The notes under the pieces are model-generated. The model was not told the origin of the DNA, ran no database searches, and saw nothing but the letters and a program-made list of their open reading frames with translations. Positions 61,401 to 64,000 of a stretch of DNA of 64,000 nucleotides are shown here, one piece after another. The translations under genes were made by a program, and so were the position numbers. The DNA is taken from positions 1-64,000 of the forward strand of contig JAUCBJ010004773.1 in the NCBI GenBank assembly GCA_032718475.1, given 5' to 3'. This DNA comes from Nemertoderma westbladi (lineage: Eukaryota; Animalia; Xenacoelomorpha). The first letter of the stretch is position 1; every line of letters starts with the position of its first letter.

Positions 61401-63999
61401 ATACCCTCGGTATGGTATAGTCTTGTAGGAACGTCAGTTGGGCTTCCCAGTCCCTCCATTGCTCAGCTAACTTTTCTGGGATGGGATCGTCCCATTCCAG
61501 TCCGGCTTGCCAAATGCTGCGGAGTATGATCCTAGCATGTAGGATCACTGGACTAATGAAACACAATGGGTCATACAATCGACTCATGGTCGATAAGCAA
61601 GTCCTCTTAGTGAGAGGTCTAGTCTGGTTGTTGGACCTTACACGTACCCTAAAATTGTCGGTGTTAGGGTCCCAACTAAGTCCTAATACTTTGGTCGTCG
61701 GCAGAGGTTCTAGGTCTAAGTCTAAGTCACCTCCACTGCGATCCGTCGGGTCAAATGAGTTCACCAGTTCGGGTTCGTTGGAAGCGAACTTCGTCAAGTG
61801 AAATCCGCCCTCAGCGAGACAATCCTGGAGTTGGTGTGCTACAGTTGTAGCGCGCTCCAAGGTGTCACAACTCTTGAGGCCGTCATCCACGTAGAAATCT
61901 CATTCCACTGTCCGAACTACTTCTGGGTCAAATTGGTCTCGTCTGTCCAATGCGGTCTGCTTTAAGGCGTACATGGTGCAGTTGGGGCTGTCCCTGGCTC
62001 CAAATACTCTTACCTGCATTTGGTAAGTTTCTGGCGGAAGTTCTAAGTTTCCGTCCGGATACCAAAGAAACCTCAAGCTGTCCCTGTCCCGCTCCAAAGC
62101 CTTAACCTGGTGAAACATGGCCTCTACGTCACAGGTGAAAGCCACTTTGCGTTGTCTAAAACGCATTAGGACTCCCATGAGGTAATTGTTCATATTCGGC
62201 CCGTCCATCAGTTCGCTGTTCATAGACATCCCTTGGTAAAGCGCAGCGCAGTTGTTGACTACACGCACCTTGCCAGGTTTGTCCGGGTGTCGCACAAAAT
62301 GATGTGGCAGGTAATATGTCTGGTCTGTGGTTACCTCGGGATTTAACATCCTAATGGCGTATCCCTTTTGGAGATACGTCTGAAGTTGTGCATTGTATTG
62401 CATATGGGCCGTCTCGTCTCGCAACAATCGCTGCCTTATTGATTTGAGTCGCCTCAAAGCAAGCGGGTAATTGTTAACGAGTTTAGGTTGTCCATTGCGC
62501 CACCACATACCAACCTCATAGTGGCCATTCGCGGTCTGGCGAATGGTATCTCTCATAATATTTAATGACCGTTTTTCCTGTTCTGACATAGCGGTCTCGT
62601 AACTACCGGGTTCTGCTGAGTCCTGTTCCAACCATTGAATGGTCCGTTCAGTCAGCAGTCGGTCAAGCGCTGCTTGCACTGCGCCATGGTCCTCGTCCAC
62701 GTCTTCGTTCGCTGCGGTGGCTAGTGTCAATGCATCTGGTAGGCTCGCAAGCCTTCCGGTGTCACTAGTCGGCGTCGAATTGTCGTGCGGCGGTTTGACA
62801 ACTTCTTGATCTATCGATAGGCTTGCAAGCCTTCCAAGATCAATGACCGGTGTCGAAGCCTGGTGGGTGGGGTCAATGACCTTTGGATTTTTCGGTAGGC
62901 TCGCAAGCCTTCCAAAATCCTCGTTCATCGAGTCATCCACAGCAACAACCCTTTGGTCTTCGGTAGTCAATACAACCTGGTTTACTGCAAGTAGTTGTAA
63001 GTCAGAGGTCCGTGTGGTCGTGTCCAGATCAGTTACGTCAGTATCGGTGGCGTCTGCGTTAGCGACGCAAGTCTGTCGTAGTGCCGTCCGTACAATTGGA
63101 CCACGGGAGTGTGAAGGAGAGTTATCTATCGTAGTAGTCAATAAACTACACGTACTCAAAACGTCGTCCTCCTGGTCACTTACCTCTAGTGAACGTATTG
63201 GTGCTCTAGTATACCAACCTATGGGAGTTCTACATGCGTAGGGGTTGCCCGCTGTAATAACAGATGGGCGTGTCTCCCATACCTGATGTAGGTTAAACTG
63301 GTCTGTCCCAATTAACATCGCAATGGAACGATAATTAACAGGACATTCCGGTATTCCAAGGTGTCGGAAATACTTACGATCTTCCGGTGATTGCTCTGGC
63401 ACAGGGCCGAGCAAGTTACTAAAGTCCTTCGTAGCTGCAAAGGTCAAATTTCTTACCGGAAGTAATGAGCGCTCCTCCTTGCTGTGTTCCGCTTTGGAAA
63501 GAAGAGTGTCTAAGGTTAGTTTTACTCTTGTCACAGGGATCGCTCTCTTACCATGCATGCTGCTTACAGTATACTGAGCAGTCTTACCTTGACTCATGTC
63601 CGTAACCACGTCGGCTACTTGTTCGTCGACATAACTGTGTGATGACGCAGAGTCTAAGATAGCGTATATATGCTTGCTCCCTCGGGTTCCGGTAATCTTT
63701 ATAGGAATCAAGCTAAACCCGTTCAATTGGTTCTGTGTGAGGAGCGTTACCGATGGTTGTTCCTCACCTGCATGCACGTAGAAAGTGTCGTCTTCCTCCT
63801 CGTCCTCGTCCGATGATCCTGACTGATCCATACAGTCCGTGTAAAACGTACGGATCTCGCGCGGCGCACGCTCTTTATATAATGCGTCGCATCTAGCCGC
63901 TTTATCTGGATGCTCTCGTCGAAAGCGTTTGGTCGGAGTATGACTGGTGGTGTGGAGTAACGCGTCATGGTTACGTCTACACTGAGGACATGTATCGTC
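58472..63999 (-). pseudogene. BEL/Pao gag-pol polyprotein (5'-partial), with a nonsense codon and a frameshift
   Basis: gag knuckle CPQCRRNHDALLH; protease ILDSAS; RT YYLPHH..DVEAMFHQV..LRFLW..VE*DFYVDD (TGA at 61900-61902); RNase H FSDAS, WTDA, NPADIASRG; integrase HHCC, GIDCFGP, CDQGTNF, GVWERL; C-terminal RPVQRLVLLE. Frame change between 60094 and 60049. Confidence 0.93.
60320..60750 (-). repeat. In-frame 12-bp (SPDx) repeat expansion inside pol
   Basis: tctggtgagacg-type units encoding SPDV/SPDC/SPDY between RNase H and integrase. Confidence 0.8.
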
Positions 64000-64000
64000 G

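Larger units (their letters stand above)
50904..64000 (-). mobile_element. BEL/Pao LTR retrotransposon with a large accessory ORF; 5' part outside the window, 3' boundary uncertain
   Basis: gag-PR-RT-RH-IN order with BEL-specific motifs. A 20-nt hairpin shared from 53799 to 62913 links the accessory region to pol. The left boundary is only a guess from TGTTACA at 50904. Confidence 0.75.

Noticed and set aside
61891-61902. Programmed readthrough of the TGA before YVDD
   Set aside because: A stop inside the RT core is more simply a nonsense mutation (for example CGA to TGA) in a copy that also has a pol frameshift.
58445-63241. Short plus-strand ORFs opposite pol, and similar ones opposite BCKDHA, the LINEs and CRE
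   Set aside because: Antisense shadows of real coding sequence with no recognisable motifs.

Overview
Eukaryotic, repeat-rich DNA, most likely from an invertebrate animal; the species cannot be determined from the sequence. The window opens with the 3' end of CDC40/PRP17, followed by about 14 kb of two abutting satellites. PIGN/MCD4 then starts at 15316. Four of its coding exons can be joined with matching splice phases (15316-15577, 16129-16366, 39865-40081, 50569-50814), and the gene runs past the window end. Its 23.5-kb second intron holds four apparently intact genes: a DXD glycosyltransferase (-), AKTIP (+), BCKDHA (-) and a UBA-repeat/N6-adenine-MTase-family gene (+). The same intron also holds a broken MULE-SWIM transposase and nested LINEs. 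Intron 3 holds minisatellites, an L2-like fragment and a CRE-clade retrotransposon. Intron 4 holds a decayed BEL/Pao LTR retrotransposon on the - strand. The most notable observation concerns this BEL element. Downstream of pol it carries a ~3.7-kb accessory reading frame (DEDD-exonuclease-like motifs, three CCHC knuckles, Arg/Ser-rich tail). It also carries nine dispersed copies of a 20-nt hairpin that occur in coding and non-coding sequence, in two reading frames, with a compensatory base-pair change. All assignments come from manual motif recognition; no searches were run.
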